A stretch of DNA of 64,000 nucleotides from positions 25,267-89,266 of the forward strand of contig DKRQ01000026.1 of assembly GCA_002472275.1 (NCBI GenBank). Direction: 5' to 3'. Position numbers and translations under genes: made by a program. Position 1 is the first letter of the stretch. Each line of letters starts with the position of its first letter. Source of the stretch: Bacillales bacterium UBA7278. GTDB lineage: Bacteria; Bacillota_I; Bacilli_A; RFN20; CAG-826. Of this stretch, positions 16,149-26,827 are shown piece after piece. The notes under the pieces were generated by a model, which was not told the origin of the DNA, made no database searches, and was given only the letters and a program-made list of their open reading frames with translations.

Positions 16149-18272
16149 ATGAACATTCAAGAAGGACCGATTGACTACAGTTCCGACCCGGAAGTTCTTT
16201 CCAAGTTCGGAAGAGATATAAACGAGACCGTGAAAGCCGGCAAGGTGGACCCGGTCATCGGCAGGGATGACGAAATCAGAAAAGTCATCCAGGTTTTGGC
16301 GCGAAAAACCAAAAATAACGTGGTTTTGCTGGGAGAACCCGGCGTTGGCAAGACCGCGATCATCGAGGGTTTGGCGGAACGTATCGTCAAAAACGACGTG
16401 CCCGCAACCCTTAAGGACAAGACGATTTACGAGCTCGACATGGGCGCGCTCGTGGCCGGGGCGAAATATCGAGGCGAGTTCGAGGAAAGGCTCAAAGCCG
16501 TCCTCAATAAAATCAAGGAAAGCAACGGGAAGATCATCCTGTTCATTGACGAGATTCACCTTATCGTCGGCGCTGGCAAAGCCGATGGGGCGATGGACGC
16601 GGGCAACTTGCTGAAGCCTCTATTGGCCAGGGGCGACATCGATTGCATCGGCGCGACCACGCTTAACGAGTATCGCGAATACATCGAAAAGGACAGGGCC
16701 CTCGAAAGAAGGTTCCAACCGATTCTAGTCGGCGAACCTAGCGTGTCCGAGACCATCTCCATCCTACGCGGCCTAAAGGAAAGGTTCGAATCCTTCCATG
16801 GCGTCAAGATCACCGACGGCGCTCTCATCGCCGCGGCCACGCTTTCCAACCGCTACATCACAAACCGCTTCCTTCCCGACAAGGCGATCGACCTCCTCGA
16901 CGAGGCCTGCGCCCACATCAAGGTCGAAATCGAATCGATGCCGACCGAACTCGATGAATCTAGCCGCAAGATCCGCCAACTCGAAATCGAGAAAGTGGCC
17001 CTTTCTAAAGAAAAAGACGAATCCTCCATTCGCCGTCTAACGGACTTGGAGAAGGAACTCTCTTTGGAGAAAGGCCGTTTTGACGAACTCGACAAGAGAT
17101 GGAAGGAGGAAAAGAAGGGATTAGGCGAAGAAAAACAGCTAAAAGCCGAACTCGAAAAGGCCAAATTCGACCTCTCCGTCTATTTCTCCAAAGCCGACTA
17201 CCAGCACGCGAGCGAACTCCAATATAAGGTAATCCCTGATTTGGAGGCGAAGCTGCTCGCCGCTTCCAAGAAGGGCAACCGCCTCGTCAACGAAGTGGTG
17301 GGGGAGGAAGAAATCGCCTCCATCGTCGCTAAGATGACCGGCATCCCCGTCTCCCGCATCGAAAAGGGCGACAAAGAGAAGGTCCTAATGCTAGAAGACA
17401 CACTTCGTCGCCGCGTCATCGGCCAAGACGAAGCGGTCCGACTCGTCAGCAACGCCATCAAAAGGCAGAGGTCAGGCATCAAAAACCCGAATCGGCCGAT
17501 TGGCTCGTTCCTCTTCCTCGGCCCGACCGGCGTAGGCAAAACCGAGGTATCCAAGGCTCTTGCCGAAGCCCTCTTCGACAACGAGAACAACATCATCCGC
17601 ATCGACATGTCCGAATACATGGAGAAATATTCCGTCTCCCGCCTTATCGGCGCGGCTCCTGGCTATGTCGGATATGAAGAAGGAGGGCAACTTACCGAGA
17701 AAGTAAGGCGCAACCCCTATTCCATCGTTTTGTTCGATGAAATCGAAAAGGCCGACCCCGAGGTCTTCAACTTGCTCTTGCAGGTTCTAGACGAAGGCAG
17801 GCTCACCGACTCACAAGGGCATGTCGTCGACTTCAAGAACACCGTCATAATCATGACGAGCAACCTTGGGTCCGAGTTCCTTCTAGGTGGCGCCAAGGAT
17901 AGGGTCGAAGGGCTCTTAAGGAAGACCTTCAAACCCGAGTTCCTCAACCGTATCGACGAGATCATCTACTTCAATCCGCTTGACCTGGAGACGCAGAAGA
18001 AGATCGCCGCGAAGCTGCTACGCGAACTTAGCGAAAGGCTCGAGGAGAACTACTTCAACGTTACCTTCGGGGAAAGCGTCGTGGACTATGTCATCGAAAA
18101 CGCCTTCACCCCGGAATTCGGCGCCAGACCGCTAAAGAGGTTCATCCAGGATAAGGTCGAGACCTCGTTTGCCGACCTAATCCTAAAGGGCGAGCTCGAG
18201 ACGATGACCAAGTATCGTTGCGAATTCGATAAGGAAAAAGGCCTTGTCGTGAACAAGGTCACCGAAGCCTAA
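16149..18272 (+). CDS. clpB: ClpB-type AAA+ disaggregase lacking the N-terminal domain
   Basis: Contains [39 protein letters not shown], a long coiled-coil middle domain, and a second Walker [14 protein letters not shown]. Start at the ATG at 16149 behind AAGGAGG. The product is 707 aa. Confidence 0.9.
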   Translation: MNIQEGPIDYSSDPEVLSKFGRDINETVKAGKVDPVIGRDDEIRKVIQVLARKTKNNVVLLGEPGVGKTAIIEGLAERIVKNDVPATLKDKTIYELDMGALVAGAKYRGEFEERLKAVLNKIKESNGKIILFIDEIHLIVGAGKADGAMDAGNLLKPLLARGDIDCIGATTLNEYREYIEKDRALERRFQPILVGEPSVSETISILRGLKERFESFHGVKITDGALIAAATLSNRYITNRFLPDKAIDLLDEACAHIKVEIESMPTELDESSRKIRQLEIEKVALSKEKDESSIRRLTDLEKELSLEKGRFDELDKRWKEEKKGLGEEKQLKAELEKAKFDLSVYFSKADYQHASELQYKVIPDLEAKLLAASKKGNRLVNEVVGEEEIASIVAKMTGIPVSRIEKGDKEKVLMLEDTLRRRVIGQDEAVRLVSNAIKRQRSGIKNPNRPIGSFLFLGPTGVGKTEVSKALAEALFDNENNIIRIDMSEYMEKYSVSRLIGAAPGYVGYEEGGQLTEKVRRNPYSIVLFDEIEKADPEVFNLLLQVLDEGRLTDSQGHVVDFKNTVIIMTSNLGSEFLLGGAKDRVEGLLRKTFKPEFLNRIDEIIYFNPLDLETQKKIAAKLLRELSERLEENYFNVTFGESVVDYVIENAFTPEFGARPLKRFIQDKVETSFADLILKGELETMTKYRCEFDKEKGLVVNKVTEA

Positions 18273-18276
18273 AAAC

Positions 18277-18318
18277 AAAACCGTATCCAAGGGTTTTCCT
18301 AAGGGTACGGTTTTTCTC
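18277..18318 (+). terminator. rho-independent terminator after clpB
   Basis: 8-bp stem CCGTATCC/GGGTACGG followed by TTTTT. Confidence 0.65.
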
Positions 18319-18339
18319 TTTTGTAGGGGTTTTGCGGTC

Positions 18340-18888
18340 TTATTTGACCAATTCCTCGTTCTTTTGCAGCCATTCGTCGATGACGTAGGGAGCCGAGGAC
18401 ATGTAGGGGGCCGCGATGGCAAAGCCTTCCTTGATGATGGCTTCGGGCGCCTCTTTCTTGATGGCCTCCAGGGAGTAGAGGAAGATCTGCCCGCCGTGGG
18501 TGACAAAGGGGATGATCGTCTTTCCCGCTGTGTCGTGGTCGCGAAGGAACGAGACGATGGGGGCGGGAAGAGTTCCCCACCAGTTCGGATAGCCTAGGAA
18601 GATGGTGTCATAGGCTTCGTAGCCATTAGGACCATCATTGATGAGCGGGGCAGCGCCGCTTTGGTATTCCTCGCGGGAACGGGCGAGCGTTTCCTCATAG
18701 CCGTGGCCATAGGGGATGAGCGGCTCGATTTCGAACAGGTTGCTTTTGATTTCCTTCTGAAGGAGTTTCTCGGAAAGGCACTTCGCGGCCTTCTTGGTGT
18801 TACCTTCTTCCCCGAGGTCGACGATTTGGTCATCGACGAGGTTTTCGCCTCCGTGGGAGAAATAGGCAATCAGGATTTTATGTGACAT
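18340..18888 (-). CDS. flavodoxin-family protein
   Basis: MSHKILIAYFSHGGEN... is a flavodoxin-like N-terminus. Start trimmed to the ATG at 18888 behind GAGGTAA. Confidence 0.7.
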   Translation of the reverse strand: MSHKILIAYFSHGGENLVDDQIVDLGEEGNTKKAAKCLSEKLLQKEIKSNLFEIEPLIPYGHGYEETLARSREEYQSGAAPLINDGPNGYEAYDTIFLGYPNWWGTLPAPIVSFLRDHDTAGKTIIPFVTHGGQIFLYSLEAIKKEAPEAIIKEGFAIAAPYMSSAPYVIDEWLQKNEELVK

Positions 18889-19054
18889 TTGGGTTACCTC
18901 AACGTGGACAATTCTATCGAACGCCGCCTTTTTAAGGAAGGGAGGACAATCCTTATTTTTTGCCACTTAGGACGGAAACGGGGGTGTATCCTCGCTTTAT
19001 CTATTTGATAATAAAGGCGTTAATGTCCCAAAATATGCCAAAGGTGTTTTTTCG

Positions 19055-21595
19055 ATGCAGATGAAAAAAGGCTGGATAATCTTCGCTAACGTTGCCATCG
19101 CGCTCGGCATCATGTCTTTCGTCGCGGTCTATTCGACCCTCGAAGCCAGAGCTTCCTCTAAGCTCCAGGTCGAGCACTTTGAGAGCACGACCATCACCAT
19201 GGAACGCGTGACCGAGAATTACCTCGAAGGCGAGCAGCGCATCTGCGACGTCTGGGCCCATTACATCAACAACAAGAACCTCACGATCGAGGAGGCGACC
19301 TCCTTCGTCCGCGTCTCCCACGTTCTCCCTAACGCCTCTGCCCACCTCCTCTATGCCGACACGCTTACCGGGTTATCCACGAGGCCTAGGGTCGATGACC
19401 CGACCGATTTCACCGTCACTTACAAGGGCATGGATTTCCTTAGCGACACGAGTTGGATTGACCCGATTGGCAAGTCGATCAACATCTCTCACGCATACAC
19501 GAATCCCTTAAACGGCGAGGATTCCATCGCCTTCTGCAACTTCATCAACGTCCGTGACGGGACTGCCTCAAAAAGCGCCCTCTTGCTCCGCGTCATGCCC
19601 GTGGCCGAACTCACGAGAACATGGGTTTTCCCTCAGGAGGAGTTCCAAGCCGCCGAACTTTCCATCATCGACCACAACGGCAACTACATCGTCAGGGGCA
19701 ATTCCTACCAAAACTCGAATTTCTTTGAATTCTATCGTTCCTATAACAAAATCGACCCCACCGAGGCGACGGCCTTCTTCGCCAAAATCACCTCCACCAC
19801 GGGCTCTTTCAACATGAACGATTCCTCTGGTAAGGAATGTATCCTTGCACACACGCCATTTGATGTGGCGGGTGGGTGGACGCTGCTAAACATGTTGCCG
19901 ACGACCTATCTAAAGGCGAGTTCCCAAAACTGGCTTCTCATCGGGGTCGTTTCCGCGGGTCTATTCGTCTTGTTCGTCTTTGACATGATCTTCATGATGT
20001 ACTTCAACAAGAAGCTGCAACTCGCCGCCAAGGAAGCCGAATCCGCCAACAAGGCCAAGACCGATTTCCTCTCCACCATGTCGCACGACATCCGAACCCC
20101 GATGAACGCGATCATCGGCCTCACGACCGTCGCGGAGCAAAACCTCGAAGACACGAAATCGGTCAAAGAGTGCCTCCGTAAGGTGTCTCTGGCGAGCAAT
20201 CACCTATTGACCCTCATCAACGACATCCTCGATATCTCCAAGGTCGAAAGCGGCAAGTTGACCCTTTCCCCGCAGACCTTCTCCATCGTCGAGACGGTGG
20301 ATAACCTCATGAATCTCTCGCAGCCGATGGTCAAGGAGAAGAACCTCGACTTCGCTTTCCGCATCAGCGGCATGGACAAGGAATACCTCTATGCCGACCA
20401 ACTCCGCCTCAACCAGATCTACATCAACCTCCTTTCCAACGCGATCAAATACACCGAGCCCGGCGGCTCCGTGAGCGTGGACATGAAGGAAGAGCCTAGC
20501 CAGAAGCCTGGGTGCGTGAAGCTGACTTACATCGTTTCCGACACGGGCATTGGCATGTCGCCCGAATTCATGGAGACCATGCTTTACCAGCCCTTCTCCC
20601 GCCAAACCGATAGCCGCGTCAATAGCATTCAAGGCACGGGCTTAGGACTTACGATCACCAAGAAAATGGTCGACCTCATGGAAGGCACCATCGATTGCCA
20701 AAGCGAGCTAGGCAAGGGCACGACCTTCACCGTGTCTCTTGATATCCCCCTCGCCGAGCAGCAGCCTTCCGAAATGAAGCTTGAGTCGATGGACGTTTTG
20801 ATCGCTGATGACGACGAAATCCTATTGAAAACCGCCTCTGAAACGCTTGAGTCCCTTGGGCCCCGTGTTGAAATAGCTCGTAATGGCATCGACGCCATCG
20901 AGATGATCAAGAAACGTCACCAGGAAGGGAAAGACTATCGCGTTGTGATCGTCGATTTGAAGATGCCCGACCTCGATGGCGTGGAGACGATCCGCCGCAT
21001 CCGAAAGGAAGTGGATTCGGCTTTGCCGATCCTTCTCATTTCCTCTTACGATTGGTCCGATGTGGAAAAAGAAGCCAAGGACGCGGGGGTCAACGGATTC
21101 CTTAGCAAACCCTTGTTCCGCTCCACCCTCTATCAAAAAATCAACGAGATCATTGGGAATAACGTCTCCGTGGCGGAAGCCGAAAGCGACTATTCCGATT
21201 TGCAGGGTCTAAACATCCTCATCGCTGAGGATAACGACATCAACTGGGAAATCATCTCCACCCTTCTTGATTCCTATGGAATCTCGACCGAACGTGCCGA
21301 AAACGGCCGCGTCGCCCTCGAAAAGATCAAGGAGGCGGAGAAAGGCAAATACCTGCTCGTTTTCATGGATATCCAGATGCCGGAGATGAACGGTCTCGAT
21401 GCGACCAGGGCCATTCGCGCCCTAGACGACCCTTGGGCCTCTACCATCCCCATCGTCGCCATGACGGCCGACGCGTTCTCGGAAAACATCACCGAGTGCC
21501 TCGAAGCCGGCATGAACGGCCATATCGCCAAACCCATCGACATCAAGCTCGTCATCAAGGAGATCCGCAGAATAAAAGAGGAATCCAAACGATAA
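19055..21595 (+). CDS. hybrid sensor histidine kinase (periplasmic-type sensor, HisKA, HATPase, two receiver domains)
   Basis: H-box [19 protein letters not shown]-box [11 protein letters not shown]-boxes DTGIGM and GTGLGL. REC1 has [12 protein letters not shown] and REC2 has [12 protein letters not shown]. Two TM segments flank a roughly 270-aa N-terminal domain. Confidence 0.9.
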   Translation: MQMKKGWIIFANVAIALGIMSFVAVYSTLEARASSKLQVEHFESTTITMERVTENYLEGEQRICDVWAHYINNKNLTIEEATSFVRVSHVLPNASAHLLYADTLTGLSTRPRVDDPTDFTVTYKGMDFLSDTSWIDPIGKSINISHAYTNPLNGEDSIAFCNFINVRDGTASKSALLLRVMPVAELTRTWVFPQEEFQAAELSIIDHNGNYIVRGNSYQNSNFFEFYRSYNKIDPTEATAFFAKITSTTGSFNMNDSSGKECILAHTPFDVAGGWTLLNMLPTTYLKASSQNWLLIGVVSAGLFVLFVFDMIFMMYFNKKLQLAAKEAESANKAKTDFLSTMSHDIRTPMNAIIGLTTVAEQNLEDTKSVKECLRKVSLASNHLLTLINDILDISKVESGKLTLSPQTFSIVETVDNLMNLSQPMVKEKNLDFAFRISGMDKEYLYADQLRLNQIYINLLSNAIKYTEPGGSVSVDMKEEPSQKPGCVKLTYIVSDTGIGMSPEFMETMLYQPFSRQTDSRVNSIQGTGLGLTITKKMVDLMEGTIDCQSELGKGTTFTVSLDIPLAEQQPSEMKLESMDVLIADDDEILLKTASETLESLGPRVEIARNGIDAIEMIKKRHQEGKDYRVVIVDLKMPDLDGVETIRRIRKEVDSALPILLISSYDWSDVEKEAKDAGVNGFLSKPLFRSTLYQKINEIIGNNVSVAEAESDYSDLQGLNILIAEDNDINWEIISTLLDSYGISTERAENGRVALEKIKEAEKGKYLLVFMDIQMPEMNGLDATRAIRALDDPWASTIPIVAMTADAFSENITECLEAGMNGHIAKPIDIKLVIKEIRRIKEESKR

Positions 21596-21684
21596 AAAAC
21601 TACTTTGCTAGTAGGGGAGAGAAGACCGTCGAGGAAGCCCTCGCCAAATACGGAACCTTCGCCCGATAGCTCTTCTTGCTAGAT

Positions 21685-21715
21685 GAAGCCACTTGGAAAC
21701 AGGTGGCTTTTCCCT
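21685..21715 (+). terminator. possible terminator after the kinase gene
   Basis: 7-bp stem AAGCCAC/GTGGCTT followed by a weak T/C tract. Confidence 0.35.
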
Positions 21716-21726
21716 TCCCCTTAGCC

Positions 21727-21756
21727 TTGGAAAAAATGACAAAGACTTTATAAAAT
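21727..21756 (+). promoter_or_regulatory. promoter TTGGAA-18-TAAAAT upstream of the REC-EAL gene
   Basis: Hexamers read directly. AAGGAA SD at 21765-21770. Confidence 0.45.
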
Positions 21757-21774
21757 AAACAACCAAGGAATTCG

Positions 21775-23496
21775 ATGGCTATGAACAAAGGGATTTCCAA
21801 TTCTTCAAAAGGCATCTTCCGCATCAAGAAGACCGTCCTCATCGTCGACGATGAAGAGATCAACGTCGAGATCCTTTCCTCCATCCTCGAAGACGATTTC
21901 CACATCCTCAAGGCTTACGACGGCAAGGAAGCGCTGGATATCCTCATTTCGGGCGAGCAGAAAATCGATTTGGTCCTTCTGGACGTCTTCATGCCCTTTG
22001 ATGGGCGTGAGGTGTTGAAGGTCAGGAACGCGAATCCGAGTTTGAAGCGCATCCCCTTCATCGTCTGCACTAGCGACAAGAACATCGAGGAGGAGTGCTT
22101 CCGCCTTGGCGTCAACGACTTCATCAAGAAGCCCTATGAAAACCCCGACATCATCGTGGCCAGGGCCAAGAGGATGATCGAACTCTACGAGGATAGGTCC
22201 ATCCTCAAGGAAGTCGAAAGGGACAAACTCACCAATCTATATAACGTCGAATTCTTCAAAAAGTACGCCAAGCAATACGACGCGAACTTCCCCGATGTCC
22301 AAAAGGACATGCTTTTGGTTTCCCCCAATAGGCTCAGGCTCATCAACGAGCTCTATGGCAGGGACTACGGCGACAAGATCCTCCTTGCCATCGCCGCAGA
22401 ACTAAGCGAATTCGTCTCCGAATGCGGGGGCCTAGTCGGAAGAAACGGGGGAGGCAGTTCCTTCTTCCTCTATTGCGCCCATCATGAGGATTATGCCTCT
22501 CTTCTTAGCAAACTTAAGGAGGCGGCCAAGAAAGCGGTGGGGAGCGCCAATGTTTCCTTCCGTATCGCCGTCTATCCCTTCGTCGATCCATCTCTAGATA
22601 AGGAAATCGTCTTGGGCAGGACCAGGGCCACCGCGGATTCCCTAGGCGAGGACTACGCTAAGGAAATCGCCATTTATAGCCAGGAGAACCAAGAGAAGAC
22701 CCTCCACAAGGAAAAACTCATCGAGGCGTTCCCCGCGGCGCTTGAAAACGGGGAATTCAAACTCTTCTTCCAGCCTAAATACAACATCGTCGGGGATAAT
22801 CCCGTCCTTTCTAGCGCCGAGGTTTTGATCCGTTGGATCAGTCCCGAATTCGGTTTCGTATCCCCCGGGGATTTTATCCCCCTTTTCGAAGAAAACGGGC
22901 TCATCGGAAAACTCGACGCCTATATCTTCGAAAAGGCGGCAGGGTATATGCGTTGCTGGAAGGAAAGATACGGCTTCTACCTTCCTTTGTCGCTCAACCT
23001 CTCTAGAGTCGACATCTACCGTCCTAACCTCGTCGAGGAAATCATCGGCTACGTCGATTCTAATGGCATCCCTAGGGACAAATACTACGTTGAAATCACC
23101 GAGTCGGCCTTCGTCCTAGACGCGGGCGAGGTCATCCCCGTCATCCAAAAGATCCGCGACGCGGGCTTCAAAATCGAGATCGATGATTTCGGCAGCGGTT
23201 ATTCCTCCTTCGGCGCTTTGGCGGATCTTCCCTTCGACGTGCTCAAGATCGACATGGCCTTCATCCGCGCGATGGATAAGAACCCCAAGGTGAAGGACAT
23301 CATTAAGATGATCATCCAACTCGGCAAGACCCTCGACGCGGTCATCGTGACGGAAGGGGTGGAGACCATGGAACAATATCTCTTCCTAAAGGAAAGCGGA
23401 TGCGACGTCATCCAGGGCTACTATTTCTCCAAGCCCTTGCCTTTAGGCGAATTCGAGGAAAAGATCCAAAAGGAGTTTGTCGAACATGGACGTTAA
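21775..23496 (+). CDS. response regulator with a degenerate GGDEF domain and an intact-looking EAL (c-di-GMP phosphodiesterase) domain
   Basis: REC domain LVLLDVFMPFDG. GGDEF position reads GGSSF. EAL blocks: EVLIRW, LNLS, EITE, DDFGSGYSS, KIDMAF, EGVET, QGYYF. Confidence 0.85.
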   Translation: MAMNKGISNSSKGIFRIKKTVLIVDDEEINVEILSSILEDDFHILKAYDGKEALDILISGEQKIDLVLLDVFMPFDGREVLKVRNANPSLKRIPFIVCTSDKNIEEECFRLGVNDFIKKPYENPDIIVARAKRMIELYEDRSILKEVERDKLTNLYNVEFFKKYAKQYDANFPDVQKDMLLVSPNRLRLINELYGRDYGDKILLAIAAELSEFVSECGGLVGRNGGGSSFFLYCAHHEDYASLLSKLKEAAKKAVGSANVSFRIAVYPFVDPSLDKEIVLGRTRATADSLGEDYAKEIAIYSQENQEKTLHKEKLIEAFPAALENGEFKLFFQPKYNIVGDNPVLSSAEVLIRWISPEFGFVSPGDFIPLFEENGLIGKLDAYIFEKAAGYMRCWKERYGFYLPLSLNLSRVDIYRPNLVEEIIGYVDSNGIPRDKYYVEITESAFVLDAGEVIPVIQKIRDAGFKIEIDDFGSGYSSFGALADLPFDVLKIDMAFIRAMDKNPKVKDIIKMIIQLGKTLDAVIVTEGVETMEQYLFLKESGCDVIQGYYFSKPLPLGEFEEKIQKEFVEHGR

Positions 23497-23836
23497 GAAG
23501 TTTTACGAGGAAATCGGCGGCAGCTACCAAAACGCGGTCGCCATCATGATGAACGACGCCCTCATCGCCAGGATGCTAGGCAAGTTCATGACCGCCAATT
23601 CCTATGCGCAGATCGTTTCTAGTTATGAGCAAAAGGATTACCGCGCCGTTTTCGCCGCCTCCCATGCCCTTAAAGGCGTCGCCGGCAATTTGGCCTTGAC
23701 CCCGCTATATGAACTAGCAAGCGCCATCACCGAGGCAACCCGTCATAGCGACGACGTGAATCTCGATAAGGAAATCGAGGAGCTTAGGAAAGCCTATAAC
23801 CTCATCGAGATAAAATATTCCGAACACATCGCCTAA
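23477..23836 (+). CDS. HPt (histidine phosphotransfer) domain protein
   Basis: 119-aa helical protein with the SHALKGVAGNLAL phospho-His motif. Overlaps the upstream gene by 20 nt. Confidence 0.7.
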   Translation: MSNMDVKKFYEEIGGSYQNAVAIMMNDALIARMLGKFMTANSYAQIVSSYEQKDYRAVFAASHALKGVAGNLALTPLYELASAITEATRHSDDVNLDKEIEELRKAYNLIEIKYSEHIA

Positions 23837-23956
23837 TCTTCGAAATCGGCATAATCGCTCAATTTGGCCCGCAAAACCCGTTTGTTTTCCAAAAGAGCGA
23901 TTTTTATTTTCGGTTTTCGCTACCTACCCACAAGCGCGCTCGCCTATAATAAGGCC

Positions 23957-24964
23957 ATGATCACCAAGGAATTGCTCCAAAGGTCGCAGGACTCCCGCCC
24001 GCGTTATTCGATTGTCGCGCTAGGTTGGATTTCGCTCGTCATCGTGCTACTCACCGCCGGGTTGCAGGGCCTTTTGGTGCTTCCTAATTCCGCCCTTTTC
24101 GAGGAATGGTCCATCCATGGCTCGTTCATCCCTGACATGAACCTCGCCACGTTCATGGTCTATATCGGCGGACCCGTCATCGCCTTCCTTTTCGGAATCG
24201 TGCCCTTCGTCCTCATTAACCGCATGGCCAAATTCCGCCATCCCTATTTATGGCTATCGATTCCCGTTTGGTTCGTCTTCGTCCTTTATATCATCGCGAT
24301 GATCGCCATCTACGTCGTCATGTTCGTCCCCGGCGTCGGCGACCTGCTCTTCAAATACGTTCCGGTCGATTATTACTACCTGACCCTGAACATCTACATC
24401 TTCGTGCCCCTAGGTTACGATGCGTTGCTTCTAATCGGTGCCATCTTCGGCATCTTCTATAACGTGAACTATCCCGCCAAATACGAGGAGATCTACGCCC
24501 GCAGGAAAGCCAGGCTCAAAGCCTATCCTAACTACAAGGACAAGGATGCCTATAAGGCCCGCTTCTACGAGAACTATAGGGATGGCAACTGGGAGCAGAT
24601 GATGCTCGACCTCTTCTATGTCGACCTTCTCGACAAGGACGCGCCGATCAGCGAAGAGACGATGCTATTCATGGCCGAATACGGCGGATATGGCGAATCC
24701 AAGATCAAGAGGGCGGCCTTCAACGCCTATTGCAAGAGAGGCCAATTCCGCGAGGCCCGCGAGGACTTCATGAGGACCCTCAAGGCCAAAGAAGCCGTGG
24801 AGGGCGGCGCCAAGATCGTCTTCCCCGACGAGATCACCCCTCTCCCCGAGCCCGTCAAGCCCGTGAGGACCTATCCCTCCCCTTATGTGCCTCCCCTTCG
24901 TCCCGCGGAAGAATCGCGTCAGAAAGACCCAACCTCCACAAAGTGGAGACCCGAGGATATTTAA
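23957..24964 (+). CDS. hypothetical polytopic membrane protein with a Pro-rich C-terminal tail
   Basis: The ATG at 23957 is 6 nt after a perfect TATAAT (23945-23950), so the TTG at 23864 is rejected. There are several TM segments. The tail reads PLPEPVKPVRTYPSPYVPPLRPAEE. Confidence 0.55.
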   Translation: MITKELLQRSQDSRPRYSIVALGWISLVIVLLTAGLQGLLVLPNSALFEEWSIHGSFIPDMNLATFMVYIGGPVIAFLFGIVPFVLINRMAKFRHPYLWLSIPVWFVFVLYIIAMIAIYVVMFVPGVGDLLFKYVPVDYYYLTLNIYIFVPLGYDALLLIGAIFGIFYNVNYPAKYEEIYARRKARLKAYPNYKDKDAYKARFYENYRDGNWEQMMLDLFYVDLLDKDAPISEETMLFMAEYGGYGESKIKRAAFNAYCKRGQFREAREDFMRTLKAKEAVEGGAKIVFPDEITPLPEPVKPVRTYPSPYVPPLRPAEESRQKDPTSTKWRPEDI

Positions 24965-24995
24965 AAGGCACGGAACTTGAATCCGTGCCTTTTTC
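24963..24995. terminator. bidirectional terminator
   Basis: AAAA-GGCACGGA-acttgaa-TCCGTGCC-TTTTT, located between convergent genes. Confidence 0.75.
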
Positions 24996-25002
24996 TTATT
25001 CT

Positions 25003-26772
25003 TTATTCCAACTCGGCCTCGAGTTTATCGACGAGTTCTTCCATGCGCCTTACGACGGCGAGGAAGGGCTCCTTGCTCGTTAGGTCGACGCCGGCTTTCT
25101 TGACCTGATTTACCGGGAAGTCGGAGCCGCCGGAACGGAGCAATTCCACGTAGGAATCGAACGCGCCGGGTTCGCCTTTGTTGACCCTTTCGTAGATGAG
25201 CATAGAGGAAGTGAAGCTCGTCGCGTATTGGTAAACGTAGAAGGGCGAATAGAAGAGGTGGGGGATGTAGGCCCAGACTAGGGGTTTGAGTTTCTCCTCG
25301 GTGATGTCGATGCCATAGTACTGCTTATAGAGGTCCACCATGACGGAGGAGGACACCTCGTGGTTGATCGGTTCGCCTGCCTCGGCCTTTTGGGCGAGGA
25401 TGTACTCGTAATGGCCAAAGAGCGTTTGACGGTAGAAGGTGCCGACGATTTCATCGATGGCTTTTTGTAGAAGGAAAATGCGGTCGTTCTTCTCGAGCTT
25501 GCCCGAACCTAGGAGATAGTCGAGCAGGTTATGCTCGTTGAAGGTGGAGGCGATTTCTGCGACGAAGATCGTGTAGTCCTGCTTTAAGGAAGGCTGAGAC
25601 TCCTCGGCGAAGAGGGTATGGCCAGAATGGCCGGCTTCGTGGGCGAGGGTGAAGACGTCGTCTAGTTCTCCATTGAAGTTAAGCAGGATGTAGGGGTGGA
25701 GGTCATTTCCCCCATTGGAATAGGCGCCGGTGCGCTTACCTTCCGCGGGGTAGACATCCACATAGCCGTCTTTGGTGGCCTCGTGGGCCTTTTCCTGGAA
25801 GTAGGCGGGGAAACGTTCCACGGATTTATAGAAGATCTCCCTGGCTTCCTCGTAGGTGTATTTCTTATCGGACTTCGCGATTTGGAGGAACCTATCGTAG
25901 GAACGGTGCTTGGCTAGGCCGAGGGCCTTCGCGCGAACCCTATAGTATTTCTTTAGGGGCTCGCTGTGGGTGGAGGCGACCTCGATGAGGTTATGGAAGA
26001 CCTCCTCGGGGATCGCGTTGTCGTAAAGGTGCGATTCGAGGATCGAGGAATAGCCGCGGCTCTTTTTCACCGCGAGCTGGCTTTGGAGCCCCATCGAATA
26101 GATTTCGCCATAGGTGGACTTATGCTTGTCGTAATACTCATAGAGGCATTCGAAGATCGCCTGCCTGTCCTCGGGGGATTTGGTCTTGGCGATGAGGGAG
26201 GTCCAGTTCGACTGCGTGACCACGACTTCCTTGCCATCGCTTAAGGTGACTTTGCTAGGGTTTAAATCGGCTACGGTGAGGGCGCTATACATCTTCCCAG
26301 CCTCGCCTAGGATTGGCGAATAGGCGGAAAGGAGGGCTTCCTTATCGGCGCTAAGAACATGGCTTTGCCCGCGGAAAAGCTTCTCAAAAATGAAGGAATA
26401 CTCCGCAAATTCGGGGTTATTTGCCAAAAAAGTGTCGATTTTATCCTTACCGATCCCGATGATTTCCGGATAGAAGAAAGAGGTTGCCTCGCTGGCTTCG
26501 TGCATCGCGAGCTGAACTTTGGAAAGGGCGGTCGCGTTGGCCACGTCCTTCTTGTTGAGGTCGCTTCTCATCGAGGCGAAGTAGTAGAGGCGGACAAGAA
26601 GATCGGTGCTCTTTTTGTCTAGCCTAAGATAGTCGGCTAACTTGCCTTCTTCGGAAAGTTTCCCTTCATAGGAAGCAGCTTCCTTGGATAGAGACTTGAA
26701 TGATTCGAGGTCTTTGTTGAAGTCCTCTTCGTTTGAATATAGGGGGGTGAGGTCCCATTTGGTGATTGCCAT
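25003..26772 (-). CDS. pepF: oligoendopeptidase F (M3B)
   Basis: HEAGHSGH zinc motif. The length and overall pattern fit M3B PepF. Confidence 0.9.
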   Translation of the reverse strand: MAITKWDLTPLYSNEEDFNKDLESFKSLSKEAASYEGKLSEEGKLADYLRLDKKSTDLLVRLYYFASMRSDLNKKDVANATALSKVQLAMHEASEATSFFYPEIIGIGKDKIDTFLANNPEFAEYSFIFEKLFRGQSHVLSADKEALLSAYSPILGEAGKMYSALTVADLNPSKVTLSDGKEVVVTQSNWTSLIAKTKSPEDRQAIFECLYEYYDKHKSTYGEIYSMGLQSQLAVKKSRGYSSILESHLYDNAIPEEVFHNLIEVASTHSEPLKKYYRVRAKALGLAKHRSYDRFLQIAKSDKKYTYEEAREIFYKSVERFPAYFQEKAHEATKDGYVDVYPAEGKRTGAYSNGGNDLHPYILLNFNGELDDVFTLAHEAGHSGHTLFAEESQPSLKQDYTIFVAEIASTFNEHNLLDYLLGSGKLEKNDRIFLLQKAIDEIVGTFYRQTLFGHYEYILAQKAEAGEPINHEVSSSVMVDLYKQYYGIDITEEKLKPLVWAYIPHLFYSPFYVYQYATSFTSSMLIYERVNKGEPGAFDSYVELLRSGGSDFPVNQVKKAGVDLTSKEPFLAVVRRMEELVDKLEAELE

Positions 26773-26809
26773 AAAAAACTCCTAACCCGAATAGTGTATC
26801 GGCTAGGAG
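26773..26809 (-). terminator. hairpin plus T-run between the patatin gene and pepF; its 3' arm contains the pepF SD
   Basis: Minus strand reads CTCCTAGCC-gatacactattcg-GGTTAGGAG-TTTTTT-ATG. Confidence 0.5.
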
Positions 26810-26827
26810 CTTTCTGTAAAGAAAGGG

